Part shown: piece after piece, positions 38,514 to 47,669 of the stretch
Layout of the letters: each line of letters opens with the position of its first letter
Position numbering within the stretch: the first letter of the stretch is position 1
Assembly (NCBI RefSeq): GCF_057098645.1
Contig: NZ_CM169472.1
Strand: one strand, 5' to 3'
DNA: 64,000 nt
Program-made: the position numbers and the translations under genes
The notes under the pieces: model-generated
The model's input: the letters and a program-made list of their open reading frames with translations, nothing else
Told to the model about the DNA's origin: nothing
Databases searched by the model: none

Positions 38514-40499
38514 TTAATTTGGGGTTACGATATTCACCCACAAATCGAAATTATCCAGACAGGCGATAATTTCTTCCAGTTTCGCGCCATTGCCAATAAT
38601 TTTGGCTTTCTTCGCTTTTACCAGATCCGCCATTTTGGCTTGTCCGGTCAGCACGGCGTGCAGATCTTCACGGCTGATGTAGAAAGAGGCGTCAGCTTGC
38701 GGTTGCAGTGTTTTACGGTAGTTAAGCACGCTATCGTTCAGCGTCAGGTTGAGGTTATCGCCGTTGCTCATATTGAAGTTCAGGCTGATATTTTTACCCG
38801 CAGCTTTCGCGCTATCGAGGCGAACGGCCATAAAGTCGAACAGCATTTCGACCGACATTCCGCGAATGGTGTCCGGGGAACCGGTGGTGCCGTGGCTGAA
38901 CTTATGCACCCCTTCGCGCAGCTCTTTCGCGCCGGTCAGGTAGAAACCGCGCCATGTGGCGGACTCGGCCTGATAGCCCAGCTGTTCAAAGTTATTCGCT
39001 TGCAGATTCTTCGCGACCTGGTCACCCGGGTTGGCGGCAATCACCTGTTTCAGCAGTTCTGCCGACCAGCGGTAATCACCTTGCTTGTTCGCTTCTTGCG
39101 CCAGGTTGATGACACGGGCAGAACCGCCCAGCGCTTTCACGTAACGTTTGCCCATCTCTACCTGACCATACGGATGCAGGTTAGCCGGGTTACCGTCGTA
39201 ATAGCCAAGATAGAAGTTATACACCGCGCGGGCGTTGTGGCTGACAGAACCGTAATAGCCGCGGCTGGCCCAGTTATTGGCAAGCGCAGGCGGCAGCTTA
39301 ATCATGTCGCCGATTTCATTCATGGTGTAGCCCTGGTTCGCCAGGTGCAGGGTCTGGTCGTGAATATACTTGATGGTATCGCGATATTTACCAATATAAT
39401 CATTGATATGCTTATTGCCCCAGACCGGCCAGGTGTGCGGCATAAACAGCACTTCCGCGTCGTTACCCCACATATCCAGCGTTTCGTTCAGGTACTCGGT
39501 CCACTTGCTGGTATCGCGGGTTTTCGCGCCGCGCAGAGTGTAGAAGTTGTGCAGAGTATGCGTGGCGTTCTCGGCGGTACACAGGGCTTTCAGGGCCGGA
39601 ATATAGAAGTGCATTTCGGCTGGCGCTTCGCTACCTGGGGTCATCAGGAAGTCAAACTCCAGGCCGTCGATAATCATCTTCTCGCCAGTTCTGACGATAG
39701 TTTTAGTCGGTGCAATAATGCTCGGGTCGCCCGTTGCCAGCGTCACGCCAAGGCCATTACCCACGTTGCCTTGCGCGTTGTGCGGCAGTAACAGACCGTA
39801 AGAGTAGAGCGCACGGCGGCTCATGATGTTACCCGCCAGCACGTTTTCGCTGATGGCTTCGTCCATAAAGCCAGCAGGGGCAATCACCTGAACTTTGCCG
39901 GATTTAACATCGGCTTCAGAGATAATGCCTTTCACGCCACCATAGTGGTCGGTGTGGCTGTGAGTGTAGATAACGGCAACAATCGGTTTTTGCGGACGAT
40001 GCTGGAAGTAAAGGTCAAGTGCGGCTTTTGCTGCAGGTGGCGTCACCAGTGGGTCAATAACAATAATGCCTTTCTCGCCCTCAACGAACGTAATGTTAGA
40101 GATATCCTGGCCGCGCACCTGATACATTTTATCGGTGACTTTGAACAGGCCAGAAATACCGTTGATTTGCGACTGACGCCACAGGCTGGGGTTTACGGTT
40201 TCCGGCGCTGCGGCATTAATATCAAATTTGTAATCGTCCGCGCGGTAGTAAACTTTACCGTTCGCATCACGCAGAATACCTTCATCCAGCAGCGGGGCGA
40301 TAAATCCACGCTGGGCATCGTCAAAATCCTGACGATCGCTAAACGGTAATGATTTGGCGTAATTCTGATTAACCTGTTGGGTATATTGAGTGGCGGCTTT
40401 CGCTTCCTCTTTCGCGTAAGCGGTATTTACCATCATGCCGCTGGCGGCAGTTAACGCAATAACAATCCGGCTCAAACGGAATAACTGAGAGTTATTCAT
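38514..40499 (-). CDS. yjcS: Alkyl/aryl-sulfatase-like metallo-beta-lactamase-fold protein
   Basis: 661 aa from MNNSQLFRL...; signal peptide; MBL motif [11 protein letters not shown]; SdsA1-like length. Confidence 0.85.
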   Translation of the reverse strand: MNNSQLFRLSRIVIALTAASGMMVNTAYAKEEAKAATQYTQQVNQNYAKSLPFSDRQDFDDAQRGFIAPLLDEGILRDANGKVYYRADDYKFDINAAAPETVNPSLWRQSQINGISGLFKVTDKMYQVRGQDISNITFVEGEKGIIVIDPLVTPPAAKAALDLYFQHRPQKPIVAVIYTHSHTDHYGGVKGIISEADVKSGKVQVIAPAGFMDEAISENVLAGNIMSRRALYSYGLLLPHNAQGNVGNGLGVTLATGDPSIIAPTKTIVRTGEKMIIDGLEFDFLMTPGSEAPAEMHFYIPALKALCTAENATHTLHNFYTLRGAKTRDTSKWTEYLNETLDMWGNDAEVLFMPHTWPVWGNKHINDYIGKYRDTIKYIHDQTLHLANQGYTMNEIGDMIKLPPALANNWASRGYYGSVSHNARAVYNFYLGYYDGNPANLHPYGQVEMGKRYVKALGGSARVINLAQEANKQGDYRWSAELLKQVIAANPGDQVAKNLQANNFEQLGYQAESATWRGFYLTGAKELREGVHKFSHGTTGSPDTIRGMSVEMLFDFMAVRLDSAKAAGKNISLNFNMSNGDNLNLTLNDSVLNYRKTLQPQADASFYISREDLHAVLTGQAKMADLVKAKKAKIIGNGAKLEEIIACLDNFDLWVNIVTPN

Positions 40500-40789
40500 A
40501 TAAATCTCCATTTATCATTTATGTCGTAAATATGTAATCCATGCAAAATACGTCATTTAAAGCTGGCGTTATCATAATTGGGAAATTGCGACTTTAATAA
40601 GTGGAAGTGTGAGCGGAACGATCCATTTTATTAGGCATTTGTGCTGAAGAGGGAAAATTACGGCATATTTATTACTATCATCAATAATGTGACCTGACTT
40701 ATATTTTTATTATTTATATTACTTTCAGCTTTCACTTCGACAAGAAGTACGCACAATGATTAATCAGATGAATGATGCGGAGTGTAACC

Positions 40790-41497
40790 ATGAAACCCGT
40801 CGTGCTGGTGGTGGATGATGACACGGCTATCTGCGCACTGTTGCAGGACGTGTTAAGTGAACATGTCTTTACGGTTTCAGTCTGCCATACCGGACAGGAG
40901 GCCATATTGCGTATTGAGGGCGATCCTGACATTGCGCTGGTGGTGCTGGATATGATGCTACCCGATACCAACGGCCTGAGGGTATTGCAGCAAATCCAGA
41001 AACTGCGTCCGACATTGCCGGTGGTGATGTTGACCGGCATGGGCAGTGAGTCTGATGTGGTGGTCGGGCTGGAAATGGGCGCGGATGATTACATCTGCAA
41101 ACCGTTCACCCCGCGGGTGGTGGTCGCACGACTGAAAGCGGTGTTGCGACGGGTTGGTGCGCTGGCGGTTAATGACGAGAAAAGCGCCGGGCTGTCATTC
41201 AATGGCTGGTATCTCGATACCATGCGCTGCCAGTTGCACAATCCGCTTCAGCAACATGTCGAGTTAACTCAGGGCGAATATGGCTTGTTACTGGCACTGG
41301 CGCAAAACGCGCGTCGGGTATTGAGCCGCGAGCAGTTGCTGGCGTTCACCCACAGCGACAGCGTGGAGGTGTTTGATCGCACCATCGACGTATTAATCAT
41401 GCGCTTACGACGCAAAATCGAACTCAACCCGCATCAGCCGATGTTGATTAAAACTCTGCGCGGTCTGGGGTATGTCTTCGCTGCCGACGTGCATTAA
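40790..41497 (+). CDS. OmpR/PhoB-family response regulator (receiver plus winged-helix DNA-binding domain)
   Basis: MKPVVLVVDDD..., phospho-acceptor Asp in VVLDMMLPD, conserved Lys in YICKPF, C-terminal LIKTLRGLGYVF winged helix. Start trimmed to the ATG preceded by GGAG. Confidence 0.85.
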   Translation: MKPVVLVVDDDTAICALLQDVLSEHVFTVSVCHTGQEAILRIEGDPDIALVVLDMMLPDTNGLRVLQQIQKLRPTLPVVMLTGMGSESDVVVGLEMGADDYICKPFTPRVVVARLKAVLRRVGALAVNDEKSAGLSFNGWYLDTMRCQLHNPLQQHVELTQGEYGLLLALAQNARRVLSREQLLAFTHSDSVEVFDRTIDVLIMRLRRKIELNPHQPMLIKTLRGLGYVFAADVH

Positions 41498-42495
41498 TCC
41501 GACATTTCTGTTTGCAGCTCTTCCAGCGTTTTCGCCCCGTCGATGGCATTGGCGCATAACAGGCTTGCCCGCGCGCAGGCGTGTGCCAGTTTGATGCTCT
41601 CGGTAAGCGTCCAGCGTTCATGGCAGCCATATAAAAATCCGGCACAAAATGCATCGCCCGCGCCGACGCTGCCGATAATTTCCCGTTGTTCTAACTTTTG
41701 CGAAGGGATCCACACGCTGCCCTGTTCTGGGGTCTCTCCCCACGCCCCTTCCGGGCAGTGGATCACCACCCGCTGGCGCACGCCCGCATCTAACAGTTCA
41801 CGCGCGGCGGCAGCAATATGCGCGATATGCGGTTCGCCGTTGGGTAACCGAATTTCCAGCCCGCTAAACTCCCCGGCCTCCAGTTCGTTAATTACCAGAT
41901 AATCCAGATGGCGCAACGCGGGCAGCACCAGCGGCTGATAACGCGGATCGCCCTTACGGGAGACCAGGTCGAGTGAGGTTTCAAAGCCAGTATCACGCAT
42001 TTGCGCCAGCAGGCGTGCGCTACGGGTGCCGTAAACATCGTCCGGCATATCCAGGCTGTCGAGCAACAGTAAATAGCCGAGATGGAAAATCTTCATGGTG
42101 TTATCGAGCTGATCGAACGCCGGAAGATCCAAAAGTCTGTTTGCACCCGGCGAATGGAAAAACGTCCGCTGCCCGCTTGGGTCTGTCATCACCTGCGACA
42201 TCGACGTCGGGGCAAAGGTAGTGCGCTGCACATGCTGACGATTGACGTGATATTGCTCAAGCATCGCCATGATGTAATCGCCGTCGCTGTCCTGACCGAT
42301 TAGCCCAACCGCCTGTAACGGCAGCCCGGTGCGCATTTTCGCCAGCGTCAGCAGGACGTTAAGCGGCGCACCGCCGGTGGAGCGTTCGCTGTGGGTGATC
42401 TCCGCCAGCCAGCCGCGCTCTGGCCACTGGATAATCTGATGGACGTGGTCAACCAACATATTGCCTGCGGCGATAATCCCTTTACGCTCCATCAT
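41494..42495 (-). CDS. PfkB-family carbohydrate kinase
   Basis: 333 aa; ribokinase-fold signature near the C-terminus (GSVGAGDAFCAGFLYG) and N-terminal GG dipeptide region. Confidence 0.8.
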   Translation of the reverse strand: MMERKGIIAAGNMLVDHVHQIIQWPERGWLAEITHSERSTGGAPLNVLLTLAKMRTGLPLQAVGLIGQDSDGDYIMAMLEQYHVNRQHVQRTTFAPTSMSQVMTDPSGQRTFFHSPGANRLLDLPAFDQLDNTMKIFHLGYLLLLDSLDMPDDVYGTRSARLLAQMRDTGFETSLDLVSRKGDPRYQPLVLPALRHLDYLVINELEAGEFSGLEIRLPNGEPHIAHIAAAARELLDAGVRQRVVIHCPEGAWGETPEQGSVWIPSQKLEQREIIGSVGAGDAFCAGFLYGCHERWTLTESIKLAHACARASLLCANAIDGAKTLEELQTEMSD

Positions 42496-43352
42496 GCCTG
42501 CCCCGCACTGCCAAAAATACGCATCTGTTGTGCAACCGTATCGCTGATGGCGGCTTCCACTGCCAGCAGTAACTCGGCAAACTCGTCATACATCGGCTGA
42601 CGGTGCGCCATTCGGGCCTCAACGGCAGCCAGCGCCGCTTGCGACATGCCAGTGTAGAAATTGATTTTGTGGATACCCAGTTCGATGGCGCGGCGGAAAT
42701 CGGCATCGCTAATCCCTGAGCCGCCGTGTAATACCAGCGGGATAGCAGCCTGCTGGCGGATAGCGTCGAGGCGCGGGAAATCGAGTTTCGGTTCGCCGCG
42801 ATATTTGCCGTGTGCATTGCCAATCGCCACGGCCAACGCGTCAATGCCGGTACGGTCGACAAAATCACGCGCCAGTTGCGGATCGGTAAACAGGGATTCA
42901 TCGGCATGACCATAGAGCGCACCGCCTTCGTCGCTACCCACCGCGCCCAGTTCAGCTTCTACCGATACGCCAACGGCATGGCACATTTTCACCACTTCCC
43001 GCGTCTGGCGGACATTTTCTTCATACCCCAGCGTGGAGCCATCAAACATTACCGAGCTGAATCCCAGCCGCAACGCTTGCACCACCGATTCAAAATGCAG
43101 TCCGTGATCGAGATTTAACACCACCGGAATGGCATGACGCGCCGCTTCAAATTTCACTGTCTCGACCAGGGAATCCAGCGAGATATATTTAAAATGTACT
43201 TCGGCAATGTTGATAATAAAGGGCGAACGTTCTTGTCTGGCAGCAGCAAACAAGGCGCGTAAAAAGTGCGAGTCCAGCACATTAAACGCACCTAACGAAT
43301 AGTGATGTTCGCGGGCATGTGCCAGCCCTTCAGCGAGACAAATCAATGGCAT
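42492..43352 (-). CDS. Class II (metal-dependent) ketose-phosphate aldolase, FbaA/GatY/KbaY family
   Basis: 286 aa; N-terminal MPLI...LAHAREHHYSLGAFNV, LNLDHG and LHGGSG motifs typical of class II TIM-barrel aldolases. Confidence 0.8.
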   Translation of the reverse strand: MPLICLAEGLAHAREHHYSLGAFNVLDSHFLRALFAAARQERSPFIINIAEVHFKYISLDSLVETVKFEAARHAIPVVLNLDHGLHFESVVQALRLGFSSVMFDGSTLGYEENVRQTREVVKMCHAVGVSVEAELGAVGSDEGGALYGHADESLFTDPQLARDFVDRTGIDALAVAIGNAHGKYRGEPKLDFPRLDAIRQQAAIPLVLHGGSGISDADFRRAIELGIHKINFYTGMSQAALAAVEARMAHRQPMYDEFAELLLAVEAAISDTVAQQMRIFGSAGQA

Positions 43353-43366
43353 AACGTTATCCTTAT

Positions 43367-44050
43367 TCAGCGGAACTGGCGGTATTCGTTACACAATACC
43401 AACTGTGCAGGTTCGTCTTCGTCAATCAGGTTGTAGCGGTCCAGTGGCTGTAAAAAGTGGTTATCGTGGTCGTCGTCATTGACAGAAGAGACTTCGCCAA
43501 CCAGAACATCGCCAAAGCCGGTTTCCGCCCAAAAGCTGTGATACAGGCCGGGCGGCAGGCAGATACTTTCGCCGGGAGACAGGCGCAACTGAGTGCCTGC
43601 AGTATGTTTCTGGCGGCAGCCGTCTATCACCACCGTAATGTCACTATCAGCCGTTTGCTCGTTACTATCGGCATTCCACAGTTCAACAATTAAATTACCG
43701 CCGCCGCGATTGATAATGTCCTCACGCTTACGCCAGTGAAAATGCATTGGCGTGACCTGCGCATCGCGCACATGCATGATCTTCTCGGCGTAACATTTCA
43801 CATACGGCATTCCTTTTGCTGAGCCGTTACGTAGGGTAAACAGCGTCAGCCCGTGTGCTGCAAAGTTGTTGCGACCAAAAGCGGTAACATCCCAGCCGAG
43901 TTTAAGATCAAAAACCTCCTCCCACGCGGCGGTGTCGAGCTGCTGCCATTGAGCAGGCGAGAAACTGGCAAAGGGCGGCAGATGTACGTCATGTTGCGAA
44001 AAGAATTGCCGTGTATGGCCGAGAATGTCGTTTATAGCGGAGCGTTTCAT
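43367..44050 (-). CDS. Cupin-fold sugar isomerase, D-lyxose/D-mannose isomerase-like
   Basis: 227 aa; cupin metal-binding region (TPMHFHWRKREDIINRGGG ... PGLYHSFW); resembles the D-lyxose isomerase family as I recall it from a pathogenic E. coli enzyme. Confidence 0.65.
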   Translation of the reverse strand: MKRSAINDILGHTRQFFSQHDVHLPPFASFSPAQWQQLDTAAWEEVFDLKLGWDVTAFGRNNFAAHGLTLFTLRNGSAKGMPYVKCYAEKIMHVRDAQVTPMHFHWRKREDIINRGGGNLIVELWNADSNEQTADSDITVVIDGCRQKHTAGTQLRLSPGESICLPPGLYHSFWAETGFGDVLVGEVSSVNDDDHDNHFLQPLDRYNLIDEDEPAQLVLCNEYRQFR

Positions 44051-44104
44051 CGAAAGCGTTCTCCTTAGCGGTGACCGGGCAGCTGCGCCGCCCGGCGCGT
44101 GGAC

Positions 44105-45046
44105 TTATTTCACCGTCCAGCCTTTGTAATTGCCGACGTTGTTTTTATCGATCATCGTCACCGGGATCAGCACCGGCTCTTTCGGCGCAGGTTTGCCCTG
44201 CAAAATGTCGTAGCCAATTTCCACCGCTTTCGCTGCCATCACCTGGGGATCTTGCGCCGGAGTAGCGACAAACAACGAGTTCTCACGCTTGAGCGCCTCT
44301 TCGGCGTCCGGGCTTCCGTCCACACCGACAATAAAGAACTCGTTACGTTGCGCCTGTTTTGCTGCCAGATCGGCACCGATTGCGGTGGGATCGTTAATCG
44401 CAAATACGCCGTCGATCTTCGGATTTGCCGCCAGCAGTCCCGTCATTACCTCCAGCCCGCCTTCACGACTGCCTTTCGCGTTCTGGTTGTCAGAGAGCAC
44501 TTTGATGTCAGGATGGCGTTTAAATTCAGTCTGGCATCCTTCGACGCGGTTTTGCACGGCGGATACCGGCGGGCCGTTGATGATCACCACATTGCCTTTG
44601 CCTTTCAGGCGATCGGTGATGTATTTACAGGCCATTTCGCCCGCCTGGGTGTTATCGGAGGTGATGGTGGCATCAGCACCTTCTGCCGCTACGTCAACCG
44701 CGACGACTACGATCCCGGCATCTTTCGCCCGTTTCACCGCCGGGCCGATCCCTTTTGAATCGGCAGCGTTGAGGATAATCATATCGACGTTAGCGGCGAT
44801 AAAGTTGTCTATCTGCGACACCTGCTGACCCAGATCGTAGCCGCTGGAAACCAGCGTCACTTTGACGTTATCGCCTGCCAGTTTGCGTGCTTCCAGCTCC
44901 GCGCCTTTGGTGATCTGCACGAAGAACGGGTTCGCCAGATCGCCCACCGTTACGCCTATCGATTTCAGTTCTTTCGCTTGGGCGAACGGTGCTGCGGCCA
45001 GCAGCGCGCCTGCACAGAGCGCGGTCACTAAGGGCTTCAATCTCAT
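44105..45046 (-). CDS. Periplasmic sugar-binding protein of an ABC transporter (RbsB/AlsB-like)
   Basis: 313 aa, signal peptide ending AQA, type I periplasmic binding fold (GVTVGDLANPFF..., GIVVVAVD). Confidence 0.85.
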   Translation of the reverse strand: MRLKPLVTALCAGALLAAAPFAQAKELKSIGVTVGDLANPFFVQITKGAELEARKLAGDNVKVTLVSSGYDLGQQVSQIDNFIAANVDMIILNAADSKGIGPAVKRAKDAGIVVVAVDVAAEGADATITSDNTQAGEMACKYITDRLKGKGNVVIINGPPVSAVQNRVEGCQTEFKRHPDIKVLSDNQNAKGSREGGLEVMTGLLAANPKIDGVFAINDPTAIGADLAAKQAQRNEFFIVGVDGSPDAEEALKRENSLFVATPAQDPQVMAAKAVEIGYDILQGKPAPKEPVLIPVTMIDKNNVGNYKGWTVK

Positions 45047-45064
45047 GCTGTATTCCTCATGTGT

Positions 45065-46039
45065 TTATGCACTTTGATGGTGTCGGGTACGGTATTTGTC
45101 GATCAGCACCGCAATGATGATCACCGCCCCTTTGATCACCAGTTGCCAGAAGTAAGAGACGCCCATTAAGGTCATGCCATTGTTGAGCGTGGCGATAATT
45201 AGCGCGCCGACCAGCGTGCCGGTGATGGTGCCGATGCCGCCGACAAAACTGGTGCCGCCGAGGATCACCGCTGCAATGGCATCCAGTTCGTAACCCATGC
45301 CTAAGTTGCCGTTGGCGCTGTACAGCCGTGAGGCGCTCATAATCCCGCCAAGCCCAGAAAGCAGGCCGCTCATGCCATAAACAAACAGCAGCACCAGCCA
45401 GACCTTAATGCCGGTAAGACGCGCCGCCTGCATATTGCCGCCGACGGCGTAGATATGAACGCCAAGCGTGGTGCGGCGTAGAATAAACCAGCACACCACG
45501 ATCACCGCCAGCGCAATCACCACCAGCCATGGGACCGGCCCGAGATAGTTGTTGCCTATCCACTCGAAATTAATGTTGGAGTTGATAACCGTGGTGCCGT
45601 CCGCCAGCAGATACGCCGCCCCGCGCAGCGCCGTATAGGTGCCAAGCGTAACGATAAACGGTGGCAATCCGGCAAAGGCCACCAGCGCGCCGTTGAACAG
45701 CCCCAGCAGCAGGCCGAGCATCAGCGCTGCCGGGATCGACAGCATGGCGAACTCAGGGCTAAGGGAGACGACCATCGCCGCCACCGCTGTGGTGCCGAGG
45801 ATCGAACCCACGGAAAGATCGATCCCGCCGGTCAAAATGATGAAGGTCATCCCCGCGGCCAGAACAATGTTGATCGATGCCTGGCGGGTAATATTCAGCA
45901 GGTTGCTTTCGGTAAAAAAGTTTGGCGCGATAAAGCCAAATACCGCCACGATCAGAATCAAAATGGGCAAGATGCCGACCGTTTGCATCAGATCGCTCAT
46001 CAGCATTTTTTTGGCAGAGGTTTTTGCAGAGGTCGTCAT
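45065..46039 (-). CDS. ABC sugar transporter permease (RbsC-like)
   Basis: 324-aa polytopic membrane protein; 4-bp overlap with the upstream ATPase gene. Confidence 0.85.
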   Translation of the reverse strand: MTTSAKTSAKKMLMSDLMQTVGILPILILIVAVFGFIAPNFFTESNLLNITRQASINIVLAAGMTFIILTGGIDLSVGSILGTTAVAAMVVSLSPEFAMLSIPAALMLGLLLGLFNGALVAFAGLPPFIVTLGTYTALRGAAYLLADGTTVINSNINFEWIGNNYLGPVPWLVVIALAVIVVCWFILRRTTLGVHIYAVGGNMQAARLTGIKVWLVLLFVYGMSGLLSGLGGIMSASRLYSANGNLGMGYELDAIAAVILGGTSFVGGIGTITGTLVGALIIATLNNGMTLMGVSYFWQLVIKGAVIIIAVLIDKYRTRHHQSA

Positions 46040-47556
46040 GAGGTTACCGCCTGGGAATGGGCGTCGTTGACGCCAGTCGCTAAGGTCATAATGTTTTCCT
46101 GGGTGATGTTTTTGCCGTTTAACTCACCGGCAATGCTGCCTTCGCGCATCACATAGACGCGATCGCTCATTCCCACTATCTCCGGCAGTTCGCTGGAGAT
46201 CATCAGGATCGCCACGCCCTTGCGCGCCATCTCGTTCATGATCCGGTAGATCTCACTTTTGGCGCCAACGTCCACGCCGCGGGTGGGTTCATCGAGCAGT
46301 AAAATGCGCGGGCCAATCGCCACCCAGCGGGAGATCAACAGTTTTTGCTGATTGCCGCCGGAAAGCCCGCCCGCGCGTACCTGGGCATGAGGCACGCGAA
46401 TGTTGAGCAACTTGATGGCGTCATCGGAAATGGTTTGCGCTTTTTTGCGATTGAGCATTCCCCAGCTGGCATCGCGCTCCAGGGTTGCCATGGTGATGTT
46501 TTCGGCTGCTGCCATTTCAAGGAATAAGCCTTGTTCTTTGCGGTTTTCGGTGAGAAAACCAATGCCAAGATCGATGGCTTCGCGCGGGGAGTGGATCACC
46601 ACCGGTTCACCATCGACTTCAATCATTCCGCCTGTCGCTTTCCGCACGCCGAAGATCAACTGCGCCAGTTCGGAACGTCCGGCTCCTACCAGCCCGGCGA
46701 GGCCGACAATTTCGCCGGAACGCACCAGCAGGCTACTCGGCTGGACTTTGCCACCGTCGGTCAGGTGGTGAACATTCAGGCGGGCTTTGCCGAGCGGGAT
46801 ATCGCGCTCTTTATTGAACAGATCGCTCAGTGGCCTGCCGACCATCATCCGCACCAGCTCCCCGGCATTGAGGTTATCGCGGGTCAGGCTGCCAACGTAT
46901 TGCCCGTCGCGCAGCACGCTGACGCGATCGGAAAGCTCATACACTTCCGCCATACGGTGGCTGATGTAGATAATCGCCATCCCTTCATCGCGCAGCCGCA
47001 TAATCAGTTCAAACAGACGGTGAGTTTCACGGGAGGAGAGGGCAGCGGTGGGTTCGTCCATCACCAGAATGCGGCTGTTGCGATGCAGCGCGCGGGCGAT
47101 TTCGACCTGCTGTTGCTCGGCAATGGTCAGCATCATGACTTTATCGCTGGCGTTAAACTGCGCGCCGAGGCGGTCGATCACTCTTTGCGCCTGCACCAGC
47201 ATCTCTTTACGCTGCACCAGCCCGCCGTGGGAAAGCTCGCTACCGAGAAAAATATTTTCTGCCACCGTCAAATTGGGTGCCAGCTGCATCTCCTGATAAA
47301 TCAGCGTAATACCGGCACTTAAGGCATCTTTTGGCGTGCGAATGTGAAAGGGCTTGCCGTCTATGAGGATCTCGCCGCTGGTGGCGGTATACGCCCCCGC
47401 CAGCACCTTCATCAGCGTGCTTTTTCCCGCGCCGTTTTCCCCCATCAGGGCATGGATCTCGCCAGGGTAGACCGTCAAATCCACCCCTTTGAGCGCATAA
47501 AATTTGCCGAAGGCTTTGGCAATATTGCGCATCTCCAGAACTGGCCTGCTGTTCAT
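46036..47556 (-). CDS. ABC sugar transporter ATPase, tandem nucleotide-binding domains (RbsA-like)
   Basis: Two Walker A sites ([20 protein letters not shown]) and two signature motifs (LSSRE-like, LSGGNQQK); start trimmed to [16 protein letters not shown] with GGAG RBS. Confidence 0.85.
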   Translation of the reverse strand: MNSRPVLEMRNIAKAFGKFYALKGVDLTVYPGEIHALMGENGAGKSTLMKVLAGAYTATSGEILIDGKPFHIRTPKDALSAGITLIYQEMQLAPNLTVAENIFLGSELSHGGLVQRKEMLVQAQRVIDRLGAQFNASDKVMMLTIAEQQQVEIARALHRNSRILVMDEPTAALSSRETHRLFELIMRLRDEGMAIIYISHRMAEVYELSDRVSVLRDGQYVGSLTRDNLNAGELVRMMVGRPLSDLFNKERDIPLGKARLNVHHLTDGGKVQPSSLLVRSGEIVGLAGLVGAGRSELAQLIFGVRKATGGMIEVDGEPVVIHSPREAIDLGIGFLTENRKEQGLFLEMAAAENITMATLERDASWGMLNRKKAQTISDDAIKLLNIRVPHAQVRAGGLSGGNQQKLLISRWVAIGPRILLLDEPTRGVDVGAKSEIYRIMNEMARKGVAILMISSELPEIVGMSDRVYVMREGSIAGELNGKNITQENIMTLATGVNDAHSQAVTS

Positions 47557-47669
47557 GGTGGACTCCTGCGAGGTTGTCGATATCAGCACTCCATCACAGG
47601 AAAGTAAATGCAAAATGTCAGAAGCCGTTCATATTTGTCATATTGCGATTTTTCTTCACGGAGCGTGAT

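Noticed and set aside
38508-39791. 427-aa plus-strand ORF antisense to yjcS
   Set aside because: Nested opposite a gene with a clear metallo-beta-lactamase motif; translation is low-complexity (Arg/Val/Gln-rich) with no domain.
44099-44828. Plus-strand ORFs of 179-219 aa antisense to the sugar-binding protein gene
   Set aside because: Nested opposite a gene with a clear signal peptide and periplasmic binding fold; composition typical of antisense frames.
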